Of a stretch of 64,000 bases of DNA, positions 19,210-32,110 are shown piece after piece. Within the stretch, counting starts at the first letter, position 1; every line of letters starts with the position of its first letter. The stretch is from the NCBI RefSeq assembly GCF_009914755.1, contig NC_060929.1. One strand, 5' to 3'. This stretch comes from the human T2T-CHM13v2.0 reference genome, Homo sapiens. The position numbers and the translations under genes were made by a program. The notes below the pieces were generated by a model that was given only the letters and a program-made list of their open reading frames with translations, was not told the origin of the DNA and searched no databases.

Positions 19210-19645
19210 TTTTATTTTTCTGTTGTTAATTCATGATCAGATTTAGATTGTGATTTTTTGGTTAGAATACTGTGTAAGTGACGTTGTGACTTTTGCAGAA
19301 TATCACACCTACAGGTGCTTGATGTTCATTAGCCACTTTTTGATAATGTTAATTTTGATCCCTTGGGTAAGGTGAGGTTCTCCACTGTATCACTACTCTT
19401 TTCTTTTATAAATAAAGAGCAGTCGTGGGTAGATACTTTGTGACTATGTAAACATACAATTCCACGTGAGACTTTCTCCACTTTGATTCAGTATCTACTG
19501 ATGATTCTTACTTGATTGAACTTCTTGTAACTTTTGATTTTGATATAATTTATATAATTTTAAACTTACAGAGAAGTTGCCATAATGATGTAAGGAAGCC
19601 CCATATATTCTTTATCCTGATTCACCAATTGTTTACATTTGTTTT
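19210..19645 (-). mobile_element. Ancient L1MC-like 3' UTR fragments
   Basis: Motifs such as tataattttaaacttacagagaagttgc...attcaccaattgtttacatt. Recognised by eye only. Confidence 0.5.
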
Positions 19646-19723
19646 ACGTTTTTAATCTGTAAAATGGGGGTAATAAGCATTACCTGTCTCACAGGGTTGT
19701 TAGTTTTCTTTGTCTTCTTTTTT

Positions 19724-20035
19724 GTATGTATAGTATAGTATATATATGCTATATACTATAGTATTTTATATATATTAGTATATATACACTATATACTATG
19801 TAATATACATTAGTATATATATACTATATACTATGTAATATACATTAGTATATATACTATATACTATGTAATATACATTAGTATATATATACTATATACT
19901 ATGTGATATACAGTATATATATACTATATACTATATAATATACATTAGTATATACTATATACTATATAATATATATTAGTATATATAGTGTAGTATATAT
20001 ACTGTGCTATGTAGTATAGTATTATATAGCTATTA
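19724..20035. repeat. AT-rich minisatellite, ~30-36-bp unit ctatatactatgtaatatacattagtatata(ta)n
   Basis: About 6-7 imperfect copies; units vary mainly in TA count. Confidence 0.9.
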
Positions 20036-21547
20036 AGTATTAGTTTGTAATAATAGTTATCCTTTCTATATTTTCTATTCATTTAAGCTTTCTGAATACT
20101 GATTATTCTCTGTGAAGCTGTGTGTGTGGGTGTTTGCATGCACAAACACATATGAGGTCAGCAATTTTATTTACTTTTTTTATTACTCTGTCATATGGCC
20201 ATGGAACAAATATTTTTCAATGACAAAGTTTAATAGAAAAGGCTCTGGAAATTAAGAAAGCCAATCCATGAATACTTTTAGTCATGACTCTTTTAAAAAT
20301 TACTTTCCTTGTGCATACTCTTTAATTTATTTCAATTCAATTCTACAGATAGATGTAGAATGTGCCTACTGTATGCTGGACATTATTTTAAGTGCTTCGG
20401 GTATAGCACTGATAAAAAGGGCAAAATCCTTTGTTCTCAAGGAGTTTAGAATCTTAGGTGGTAGTCAGCAAGCAAATAAATACTATATGTTACGATAGAT
20501 GGCAAAAAGCCCTAAGAAAATAAAGTGAGGCAAGTAGTGACACAGTTCACTTATTAGTTTTCTGTTATACGGGGACTGAGAATACAGTTTGTTAATTTAT
20601 TGACCCTGCTTCTCTGTCTTCTGGACGTTTGTTATGTCAGTCATTCTTACTGTTAGTTGAGGCCAAAGAAACTGTAATCTAGAAGTTATTTAGTCCTCTA
20701 CTTAGGGAGTGGGTAGTGAATGAGTCTTTCAAAATTTGATGCAATTATCCAAAATTAGTGAATGTGTATGCGTTTTTCTGAGACAAGTTTCTATACTTTT
20801 CATTCAGTTATCAAATAGTCTGTGACCCAAAATATTTAAGTGGTGACTCTAATTTGTCTTTTCTTCTAGCCACATGGCTAAGGAGTTTTGTGAATGAGTA
20901 ACACAGTCTTGATTAACATGAGGTTTGCAGGCTAGCCTTTGTGTACCTATCTCTAGTTAGTAACTTTTAAAATTAGAGTTGTATCCTTTTGTCAGATGGC
21001 TTTCTAATAATTTTCTAAAATGAACATAATAAGTATAACATTGTAAATATTTAAAATATGCAATTTTGTTTGTAGTTTTAAAATCAAAATACTTGATAGT
21101 TTCTTGTGTGATGATATATATTTTGAGTAGTATTTTCCAAAGACAATTTATAATATCAACAAAGAAGGCTAACTCATGGCAATATTACAAATATACACGT
21201 ATCTAGTTGGGGAAAGAATATACTGATTGGACAGAACACTTAATTGGAGAAATTGGGAAAGGAGGTGCCACTAACTCAATATTTGACAATGTATCATTTA
21301 ACCCTTTACAACTTAGTGAGGCAGGTCTTATTGTGTCCATTTTGCAGATGAGAATATCGAGGCCCAAAGAGGTGAATAGAATATGTAACTTGCTTAAGGT
21401 CAATTAGTATGGAACTTCACAGCCCACACTCAGCTGCTACTTTAGCAAACCAAATGAAAGCTAGGGTAATGTTTACTCATTATAAAAAGGATTTCTGGAC
21501 ATGCTTTGGCCTGCAGATAATATTGTATGTGTGACAGGTGGGAGGGG

Positions 21548-21603
21548 TATGTGTGTGTGTGTGTATGTGTGTATGTATGTATGTATGTATGTATGTGTAT
21601 GTG
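21548..21603. repeat. (TG)n/(TATG)n microsatellite
   Basis: Directly visible. Confidence 0.9.
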
Positions 21604-21794
21604 AAGAACCAACCAAATATTAGCTCTATAGGTTGCAGTCCTGCCTCCTACCAAAGCCATAGCCAAGTGGAAATACAACTTTTTTTCTTCCTCTTTCATA
21701 CATTCATTTTCATGTGAATACTTCTCCTTGAAAGTTTGTATATGTTATGTGATTGATCACTTGTCTGAGAGGAATCTTTAGTGTTGACTCTGTC

Positions 21795-22380
21795 AGAGGC
21801 TGTTGTAGGTCACAAGGATATAAAGGTGAATAAGACTCCAGCTGTCTCCTAATGGAGATTGCACTCTACTCTGAGGAGATAGACATGTAGACAAATTATT
21901 GCAATACACTGATCTAAATGTTAATAGAGAAAGATGCAGAGTGCTGAGGGAACAGAGTAGCAGACTACAGAGGGAAGGGAAAGGAAAAAATAACAGAGGA
22001 GATGACACTGGAGTCAAAGAAGAGGCATGTGAAACAGCATAGTATGTTTTGGGAATCTTATTTGTTTCACTGTGGCTAAATTATAGATAATTAGTAATAT
22101 GTTTTAGAACGTAGGAGTGGAAAGGTTGTTATCACATCCTGAGGGGTTTTGTATATAGAGTTTGGATTTTATTTTGTAGGTAGTAAGGAGCTATTGGAGA
22201 ATTTTAAGAAGGGAAGTGGGATGATGGGACGAGGTTCTATAGGAGGCAGGTAGCCCAGTTAGAAGACTATTGTGATAGTCTGGGAATATGTGGATGATGA
22301 GAATCTGAAATGAGTCATGAATTTTGGAAAATATTTGAAAAATATTTAGAAGATACTGTAGAACAAATTAGGTGACCAAA
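21795..22380 (-). mobile_element. L2 fragment, followed by a MIR remnant (~22420-22620)
   Basis: Purine-rich L2 antisense motifs (gagtttggattttattttgtaggtagtaaggagctattggagattttaag). MIR core tccattttatatgaggaaattgag. Confidence 0.6.
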
Positions 22381-24231
22381 ATGCCTTATATTTATAATAC
22401 TTTATAGTTTCCAAAATCCTTTAGGTGTGCATGTTATTGGATATTATCAGTAACCCAGAAAAGTAGGTAGTTCAGATGGATTTATTTCCATTTTATATGA
22501 GGAAATTGAGATCTTGAAAGATTGTGGCTTAGCCACGGTCACATAGCTGGTGATAGTTTAAGCATGAACCAAATCATAAACTTCAAATATAGGGTTCTTT
22601 TTAATTTGTCTGCATCATCTCTATGCAGTGCCTAAGCATACATTAGTTAATATCAAGGCCTGATCACAGTGGGGTGTGAGTTTTAATTTATTCACTTGAT
22701 ATCTCTCTTCATTAGTTATGTTAAGTGCCTAATGGAGAGGGATAGGATCAATTAAATAAGGTAAATGCAACATTTTACAGGTCTATATAAATACCTAGAA
22801 AGTGCTTTTCAATTAAGACGGCATGTATGCCAGTGCTTTTTTATATATGAGAATGGTTATGACATTTATTCCTATTTTATTGGAGAGTCTATTGCATGGG
22901 ACTTGATAATAGTGGCAGGCTGGTATCAGAGACTATGCTTGCTGTAATCAGTGTTAAAGATCAGTATGTAAAGAATCCTTACTTAACATGTACCATGAAA
23001 TTGATTTTTTATTAGTTATTATAGAGATATTATAGATTATATCTCTACAACATCTTCCTTCTTTTTACCCATAACCTCTAAAAGGCTTAGTGCCAGAAGG
23101 AACAGAACTGTATCTTTATTTTCTCATCACATCCTCTCTCAAATAGATAATACTTCCATTGCTGTCTTTCCAACTTGGCTTTGAGTCACTGCTGTGATTC
23201 TAGCTGTTGAACAGTCTTTCAAATTAAGTGATTAGTATTCTAGTCAAGGAAAAATTGTGAGCCTGCCATTCTTACCCAGTATTGCTAAGGTAGTTTTACT
23301 AAATCTATTATTAGGGTCATGTTCTCAGAGGCATATGACAATTGCATTTCACAAAACTTCCCTAAATATTGATACTTGAGATTTACAGGAAATTAAATCT
23401 AAAACCTTACACTTCTGAAGCTGGAGGCACCATAGAGCTGTGAAGTTCAGTATAAAGTCACATCTGTGCTCAATACTTTATAAGAAAAGTTACTCTGCCT
23501 TAGTCTTCCTTTACTATTTTTGTCTTACTTGATTAAAATTTTGCTGTTGTATTAACTAATAAATTCAAAGGAAATGTTCTGATTAGTTTCTGTCGTAACT
23601 GGGAACGATAGTAAGAGTACCTTGGAAAGTATGATAGTCTGTTGCGTAACACTTGCTGGGTAGTAGATATCAATTCTCTGCCTGTTTCAATCTCATTGTG
23701 TCTAAAGGTGTGAACCTCTTACCATCTGGATACTTTAGTTTCCCTCTAAATTAAAAAGAAAAAAAGCAAATCTTACCTGTATAGTACCTACGCAAAGATT
23801 TTGGAAGATAGTGGGAAGTCATTAAAGTGCTTTTCACCAATTTATGCAATTTACTAGTTGAAATTTGTAACTATTTAAAAATCATTAGTTTTAAAAAATA
23901 CTATTTTAAAATAGTAATTTACTATTTAATATTTAAAAACCATTGGCTCTTTTAATATATTTCATTGCTTGGTATTAGAATTTTTTATTTTTAGAATAGA
24001 GTATATTTAAAGATGACTTTTGCTGTTAAATTTGACAGGCGTGGCAGGAGGCCAATCTAATAAGCCCAAAGGGAGAATTCGCAGAGTATGCAGGTTAAAA
24101 GAGCCCTGGAACTGACTTTCTGTGAAGCCTAGGCTATCCATATACATTCCTGCTGAGTGGAGATTTGCTTAAAGTTGACTGTTTTCTTCCTTCTGTACCA
24201 TCTGATTCCAATCTGCACCTGTCTTTTATAG

Positions 24232-24342
24232 CTAGAGACTGTTGGATGGCAGCTTAACCTTCAGATGGCTCACTCTGCTCAAGCAAAACTAAAATCTCCT
24301 CAAGCTGTGTTACAACTCGGAGTGAACAATGAAGATTCAAAG
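24232..24342 (+). CDS. COMMD10: Internal coding exon of COMM domain-containing protein 10 (exon 5 as I recall the gene structure)
   Basis: Pyrimidine tract with ttttatag acceptor (AG at 24230-24231) and AAG|gtaaga donor (GT at 24343-24344). The 111 nt translate to [37 protein letters not shown], which I recognise as COMMD10 with the conserved COMM-domain Trp. Too short for the ORF track. Confidence 0.96.
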
Positions 24343-24791
24343 GTAAGAAATGGTATCCCATTAAAAGGATGTATTTTGTTTGTTAGGACTTAAACTTTTT
24401 ATTCTTAGCAGTCTTTGCTCTCTGGATTTAGAATTTAAACATAATTCAGTTAAACAGTTATTAATAAGTGGATCTTTTTTGACAGAAATAGCTTATCTTG
24501 CAAGGTGCCTTTCTTACAAAAACATTTCATAATGTCTTCTTTTAAATTCTGCAGTGAAAAAAAATTGTTGAAGACCATATAAAATTATGATTTTAATGTT
24601 TTAGGTATTTGCAGATATTCCTGAGTGTTTCATGTTTTAAGCTGAATATATGTGGTAGAGAGAATATTGTTTGTTGTCCAGCTAGAGCCTGGAACAATAA
24701 ATATGATGGTGACCTGAATTGTGTTTTTGTGTGTGTAGTAGTATAGTATGCCTGCATGTGTTTAAATCCCAGCTTTTGAGAAATACAATTT

Positions 24792-25084
24792 ATTTATTTT
24801 TTTTGAGACGGTGTCTTGCTGTCGCCCAGGTTGGAGTGCAGTGGCGCGATCTCGGCTCACTGCAGGCTCCGCCCCCTGGGGTTCACGCCATTCTCCTGCC
24901 TCAGCCTCCCGAGTAGCTGGGACTACAGGCGCCTGCCACCTTGTCCGGCTAATTTTTTGTATTTTTAGTAGAGATGGGGTTTCACCGTGTTAGCCAGGAT
25001 GGTCTCGATCCCCTGACCTTGTGATCCACCCCCCTCAGCCTCCCAAAGTGCTGGGATTACAGGCGTGAGCCACCGCGCCCGGCC
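24792..25084 (-). mobile_element. AluY-lineage element (AluYe-like)
   Basis: Antisense dimer with AluY features plus the ctgcaggctccgccccctggggttcac variant. TSD core tacaattt (24784-24791, 25085-25092). Confidence 0.9.
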
Positions 25085-25683
25085 TACAATTTTTTTTATA
25101 CCACAGGATTTTACTTTATTATTAATTTCAGAACAACTTGAACGTGATTATTAAAGATCAAAGCATTGCTATGAAATACTTTTTGTTACTGCGGCATATA
25201 GGGAAATATATCTTTCAGATATGATAAGAGCTTTTTATCATATTTTATACTGTAATGGATTATCTTTTAAGATAGAAAAGGGGGAGTGACTTTTTCCTCC
25301 TAAGTAGATAAGACTATCTCATCTTAAGACAAAATAGAATTGAGAATGAGGTATTAGAGAAGATCTGAGGCAGGAGATTACAGTGACTGAATGATAATAG
25401 AATAATGGAAGAAATGTTATTATTTATAACAGGAATTGAAGGATGGGAATATTATTACTTTTTTGTTAAAACTTTCGCTATTCATTCTATTATGCAGGTT
25501 TCTGGCTTCTTTAAGAAGTATCTAGCCCAGATTATATGACTATAAAATTCTGTGGAATTGACTTGAGTCTTACATATAATGTATTAGTTTATTACAGTGT
25601 TTCAAAAGTATCATTTTATTTCACACATTTTCACTGGAACGTAATATGAACTTAGTGGTTAGAGTCAAGCTATTAGAGTATGT

Positions 25684-26012
25684 CTGGTGGTTTCCCTTTA
25701 TGTGCAGTTTCACTTTCCATAGTTTCAGTTACCCGCGGTCAACTGCCGTTTGAAATAGGTGAGTGCAGTACAGTAAGATGAGAGAAAGAGACCACGTCCA
25801 CATAACTTTATTACACTATGTTGTTGTAGTTGTTCTATTTTATTATTATTGTTGTTAATCTCTTACAGTGCCTAATTTATAAATTAAACTTCATCATAGG
25901 TTTGTATATATGGGAAAAAACAGTATATATTGGGTTTAGTACTATCCATGGTTTCAGGCCTCCACTGGGAGTTTTGGAATGCATCCCCCCACAGTGGGCA
26001 GGGGGACTACTG
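25684..26012. mobile_element. Tigger4a/MER46-like non-autonomous DNA transposon inserted in a MIR (MIR continues ~26013-26210)
   Basis: Internal tttcagttacccgcggtcaactg and right TIR gggggactactg. Confidence 0.8.
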
Positions 26013-29000
26013 TGTGCTCTGCAGTTTAGTGTAGTGTAACCTCAGGCAAATTACTTAATCTTTGATTCTCAGTTTCTTTATCTGTAAAATATAGGTAATA
26101 GTATCTATCTACACAATTTTTATGAAGACTAAATACCTAGTATATGTAAAGTGTTTAGTCCAGTGCCCAGTATTACAGCGTGTGCTCAATAAATGCTGGC
26201 TACTACCATCATCATCAATAAAACTTTTTTGTTTTTGGCTAAAATAAAGAAATCAATCCATTTGTTTTAATTCAGAGCTCTCACTAAATTTATTTCCTGA
26301 TGAAATTATTACCTCTTCCCTTGTTCCTTGCATTCCCTCTCCCTTTTTTCTTGATTATATTTTTCACATGTATCCTTACTGGAAATTAGGAGGGGAAAAA
26401 GAGCCTGAAAAGTCCCTTTTGTTTCTTCTGTGAACTGAGTAAGTTATTCCTTTAGGTGTAGGATGATGATCTGGAACTCACTAGCATAGACTGGAGCTAT
26501 TCCATGAGTGAAAATACATACATACATGCACATTCCAAGTAGTTATATACTTCCTTTGTTTTATTTTTCGTGACTACCTAATGTTAAGTCTGCGTAGCTA
26601 AAAGCATTTTGTATGTTGGAAGTGTACTATTTTGACCACATACATTGGATATGCTTTAAGCATCATGAGTTCAGCAATGCTTGTCTTTGGGATTCTCAAG
26701 TCCTTCTAGCTTCTTTGTTACATCTTCAAAGTATGCCTATGTGTCTGTTATATTTTTAGGCAGTAGGAATAAAAGAGTAATGCTTCTAGTAAGACAGCCA
26801 TGTTAATAAGACATTCAGATTATTCAGGAAGATGTGAATATCTAGATGTGAAATCTAACTCATTTGAAATATGAGCTTGAGTACATTTATGTTTTTCTGT
26901 GTTTGTATTTTGAGATTTTGGATAGATGCATATATGCACATTGATTAATCTTATAACTTGCAGAGCTAGAGCACCATTTTCATTAACAAATATGCTGAGG
27001 AAGAAGAGGATAAGCACACATACATAAAAGATATTTCTCTTTCATCTTGTATGTAGACTTAAGTGACTTCTTTGTATTGTCTTTCTCTTCTATGGCATTG
27101 TACACATTTTGTGCCTGTGTCTTATATCTCCTAAACAATAGACAGACACATAATGAGGTATAGAGCTACCATCACCTAGGCAGAAGCATGCCATCTCCAA
27201 GTGTTATGGTGTGCCCTAGCTGTAAAGGAACAGTTAACTACTATACCTCTTTTCCTCAATGAACTGCTGCCTGGAATTACTGCTCTTTCTCTTGTTTACC
27301 TTCTCCTTGATTTTATGATTTGGTATTCTATTCTTTGTACTCTTCATCTTATTCCTTATGTTAATTTTTATGTGACTCCTGTTATTAAGGACCACAAACT
27401 ACTTTTCTCTCAAATATTTACAAATATGAAATGAGAATTCTTCACAGGTTGGAATATTAAGTAAAAAGGAATGAGGGTATAGAGCATGTTTTAAAAAACA
27501 AGTTTATTAAAGGAAAGGAAAGCTTTTACAAAAAGGGAGATTAAAAGTTACCACTGCTTAGTTTATGATATAAAGTATCTTAAAGTACAAAACTGTCATA
27601 CTTATGAAGTTGGTGTTGGTTTAAAACAGGAAGCATTGGGTACAGTTCTCATAAATGTGTATTTTATAGGGTAGTTATCCTGAAAATATACATATATTAA
27701 ACTACTGGGAGGATTAGAATCACTGTAAATTGTGAGGGATTATTTTGGTTGTATTTACTTTTGAGCTGTTGTACTGAAAACTTACTGTAATTCACTGAAG
27801 AGTACGGTTTATAAGGAGCTCCTTATCTTCTTTTTCACTTCTAACATACACATGAAAAATGCAGCCTGCAGTGAAGTTTTAATTGCTATCACACTGGATA
27901 ACACTGTTTGACTGTGGTCTCCTTTCTTAGAACACTTCTGTCTCGAGGCTTTCCTGTTTTGCTATTAATTTTATCACAAAAACTAGGTGATTGTAGCTTT
28001 CCTGCAGTATTTTGATATGTATTCTAGTTGTTTTTGGTTAATTGTCTTAGTGTTTGTCTACTGTGTTTAGCAAAGTGAGATTATTTTCCTGTTCCACAGA
28101 TACCTCAAATCGAGTTTTCTGACTTAAAGTTTTTTTCGTTAGGGGGCAGTAGAGTGCTTTGCTTACCTAGCCTTTTCTGGCATTCACAGTGTTATTTGAA
28201 ATAACATTCAAAATAATTTGTGAAGTCAGTAGTTGAAGGAAATGCTAAGTGTTTACATTTCAAATCTTTATAGAACAATAGAGTTCTCTTATTTATTTCC
28301 ATAAACAAAATTAATGCTTATTAATCATATACATATAGAACAAATAAATGAAATCATCATGATTTGGCTTTTGAAATTTGTATATGATCATTTGCCAAAA
28401 TGAAATATATTAAAAGCTTTCTACATTATTGACTTTTTTGTTACATTCTGTCACTTGTATTAATTTCTTCATGAGAAAAAAGAATAAAATAGTCCATAAG
28501 ATAATTGAATGGCTCTATTAGGTTATGATGTAACTAGTTCGAGGCCCATTGTAGTCAGCTGAAAATTCTTTATTTCTAGAGAGTAATGTCATTTGTAACA
28601 AATGTTGATAATTTTGACTGACACCAACACTTTAACTTTGAATATCTTAAAATACTTAAATTTTGCTATTAATCTTAGTATATTTTTTTCCCCAGTAAAT
28701 TTCCTGTTAAAGACAAACCTGTTTTGTTAATACAGGGATTCCAAATTTTATTTGTGCATCTTTTGAGGAAGGATCCTTGTGTTTCATTTTTTTTTCTTTT
28801 ACAGTAACTGTGGTAAAATCACCCTGACAGTAGAATTTTTATTTATCTTAATGTTAAATTAGATTATAATCAGATTGCAGAAAGTACTTTATGTAGAAGT
28901 AATTATGATTTTGAATGAATTTGGGGCTTCTAATACTAGTTTTCTGACTTAGAGCTCTTCATTCTTATTTCCAAAATATATGACAAATTCTGTTTAGTGT

Positions 29001-29034
29001 GAGAAAATGGGCAAAAGTTCTTTTTTAAAGTGTT

Positions 29035-29255
29035 TACTCTGTGCTACACATAGTATCACTTCTTTTTGTGGTTAAAACCTCTCTTCCAGGCATGATTTCT
29101 TATTATTCTTATTTTATTGATAAATGGAGACACGGAAGCACAGAGAAGTTAAATAATATTCCCATGTTATACAGATAGTAAACAGTAGACCTAGGATTTG
29201 AATCCAGGCAATTTTATTTGAGTTCCAGTTTATCAGTAGGATGCTGTATCACCTT
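29035..29255. mobile_element. MIR
   Basis: Core gaagcacagagaagttaaataa...ggatttgaatccaggca. Confidence 0.7.
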
Positions 29256-29930
29256 GTTAATTTAATAACTTAGCAGTTGAAATTGTAATATGTGTATATG
29301 TTTCAAGTTGTTGAAAGCTGTTGTAAAATGTAAGGTTGTTCATAGGATTATCGTTACATGGACTCTAGATTTAATTTTTCTTTCCCCTTTATTTGACTAA
29401 GTTGAAACAATTTTACATTTTTAGTCAATTAGAAACACCATTTATTCTTATGTAGTAAGTAAAGTATAAATGATGTCAGTTCAACAGAGGCTGCCTTTTA
29501 TTAACAAATATTATTGTAAGGGCTACATGACATCAATGATGTTGATGTCTTGTGAGCAAATAACTGCATCAGTTAAAAAGAAAAGATGTCCTCAGATCTA
29601 TTTAGGATAGATTTCTCAGAGAAAAATATGTATGCTATTCAAATCATGAATTCTTGTTGTAGAAATTTAAATCTTTTCATCTTAAAGGTGGTGTTAGTAT
29701 TGACTGATTTGGAATGACCTTCACATTTTTTAGCTACTTATGTGAGTTCGTCTGCATTTTCCTTTTTTTTTTCATTGAAGTATCACGTATCATATCTTTA
29801 TTAGAATAAATCACACTAAAGCATACTTTCTCACCCTTAATTACACATACAAATGAGATAATTCAACTGATAGGACATAATTCAAATATAAATAAAATCA
29901 TTCTCTCACATATTTAACATTGTTGAGTGG

Positions 29931-30396
29931 ATTTTAAATTGTATATATTTAAGGTATACGGCATGCTGTTTTGGTATAAATATACATAGTAAAATGATTG
30001 CTACTATTAAGAAAATTAACCCACCCATCACCTGCCATTATTACCTTTTTTGTGTTTGTGGTTAAAGCACGTAAAATCTATTTTCCTAGCAAAATTTCAG
30101 TTTACGATACAATATCATTAATTATAGTCCTGATGCTGTACATCAGATCTCCAGACTTATTTATCCTACATAACTGCAAGTTTATATGCTTTAACCTGCT
30201 TCTCCCCATTTTTTCCCTTTCCTTGTCTCTGATAATCTCTGTTCTAATAGGCATTTTTAAAAAATTCCACATATAAGTGAGATCATGCAGTATTTTTCTT
30301 TCTACGTCTGGCTTATTTCACTTACCATAATGTCCTCCAGATTCATCCATGTTGTTGCAAATGGCACTATATCCTTTTTCAAGGCTGACTCATACT

Positions 30397-30435
<39 letters not shown>

Positions 30436-32110
30436 CTGTCTGTATATATGTCTATGCGTATATATATGTACACATATGGACACATACACATACCACAATT
30501 TATCCATTGATAGATAGTTACGTTGTTTCCATATCTTGGCTGTTATGAATAATGCTGCAACAAACATGGGGGTGCAGATATCTCTTTAACATACTGGATT
30601 CATCTTCTTTGAATATATACCAAGCAGGAGATTCCTGGTAGTTCTAATTTGAATTTTTGGAGGAACCTTCAAACTGTTGTCCTTAATGGCTATACCAATT
30701 TACATTTCCACCATCAGTGTACGGGGTTCCCTTTTCTCCACATTCTCACCAGCGTTTGTTGTCTCTTGTCTTTTTGATAATAGTCATTCTAACAGTTGTG
30801 AGATAATATTTCATTTTGGTTTTGTTTGCATTTCCCTAATGGTTAGTGATATGGAACATCTTTTCATGTATCTGTTGGCCATTTTTATGTCTTCTTTGGA
30901 GAAATTTCTATTTAGGTTCTTTGCCCCTTTTAAAATCAATTAATCTTAGTACATTATTATTATTTTGCTATTGAATTGTGTGAGTTCCTTATACATGTTG
31001 TATATTAACCCCTTATCAGATATGTGGTTTGCAAATTTTTCTTCCAGTCTGTAGGCTGTGTTTTTTGTTGATGGTTTCCTTTTCTGTACAGGAGCTTTTA
31101 GTTTGATGTAGTTCTACTTGTTTATTTTTTGCTTTTGTTCCTCAAGCTTTTGGTGTGATAATTCAAAATATCAGACTAGGATGAACATCAAGGAGCTTTT
31201 TCTCTGTGCTTTCTTCTAGGAGTTTTATGGTTTCAGATCTTATGTTTAGGTCTTTTATCTCTTTTGAGTTTGATTTTTGTGTATGGTGTAAAGGTCCAAT
31301 TTCATTGTTTTCACATGGATATTCAGTTTTCCCAGCACCATTTATTAAAGAGACAATTCTTTCGTTATTGCATCTTCTCGGTAGCCTTGACAAAAATTAA
31401 TTGAACATGTATGCTTGGGTTATTTCTGGGCTCTCTATAGTATTCCTTTTGTCTGTGTATCTGGCTTTATGCCAGTACCATACTATTTTGGTTACTATAA
31501 CTTTATAATGTAATTTAAAATTAGGAAGTGTGATACATCTAACTTTGTTTTACTTTCTCAAGATTATTTTGGTTATTCCATGCGAATTTTAGAATTTTTT
31601 TTCTCTATTTCTGTGAAAAAATGCCATTGGAATTTTGATGGAATTGCCTTGAATCCATATATTGCTATGGGTAGTATGGACATTTTAACAATGTTAATTC
31701 TTCCAATTCATGAACGTGGGATATCTTGCTATTTAATTATGTCATCTTCAATTTCTTTAATCAGCGTGTTATAGTTTTCAGAGCTTTCACTTCTTTAGCT
31801 ATATTTATTTATAGGCATTTTATTCTTTTTGCTCTCCTAGCAATGGTATAGTAGCGGGGGGCTGGGAAGAGGGGTGGTGGCTGGGAAAGTGGGAGCACAT
31901 AAATAAGATTGTTTTCTTGATTTCTTTTTAAGCTAGGTCATTATTTTTGTGAAGAAATGCATCTGATTTTTGTATGGTGATTTTGTAAGGTGTATGCTAC
32001 TTTACTGAATTTATTTGTTCATTTAACTTTTTTGTGGCGTTTTAAGGGTTCTTTTTCTTTAAATGTAGGATAATGTCATCTGCAAACAGGAATAATTTTA
32101 TTGTCCTCTC
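29931..32110 (-). mobile_element. L1MA-type 3' fragment with internal (TG)n at 30399-30430
   Basis: L1MA 3' UTR (aattgtatatatttaaggtatac) and decayed ORF2 end (ORF 30379-30567 MFVAALFITAKIWKQ; 31163-31393 IKDLNIRSETIKLLEE). Confidence 0.88.
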
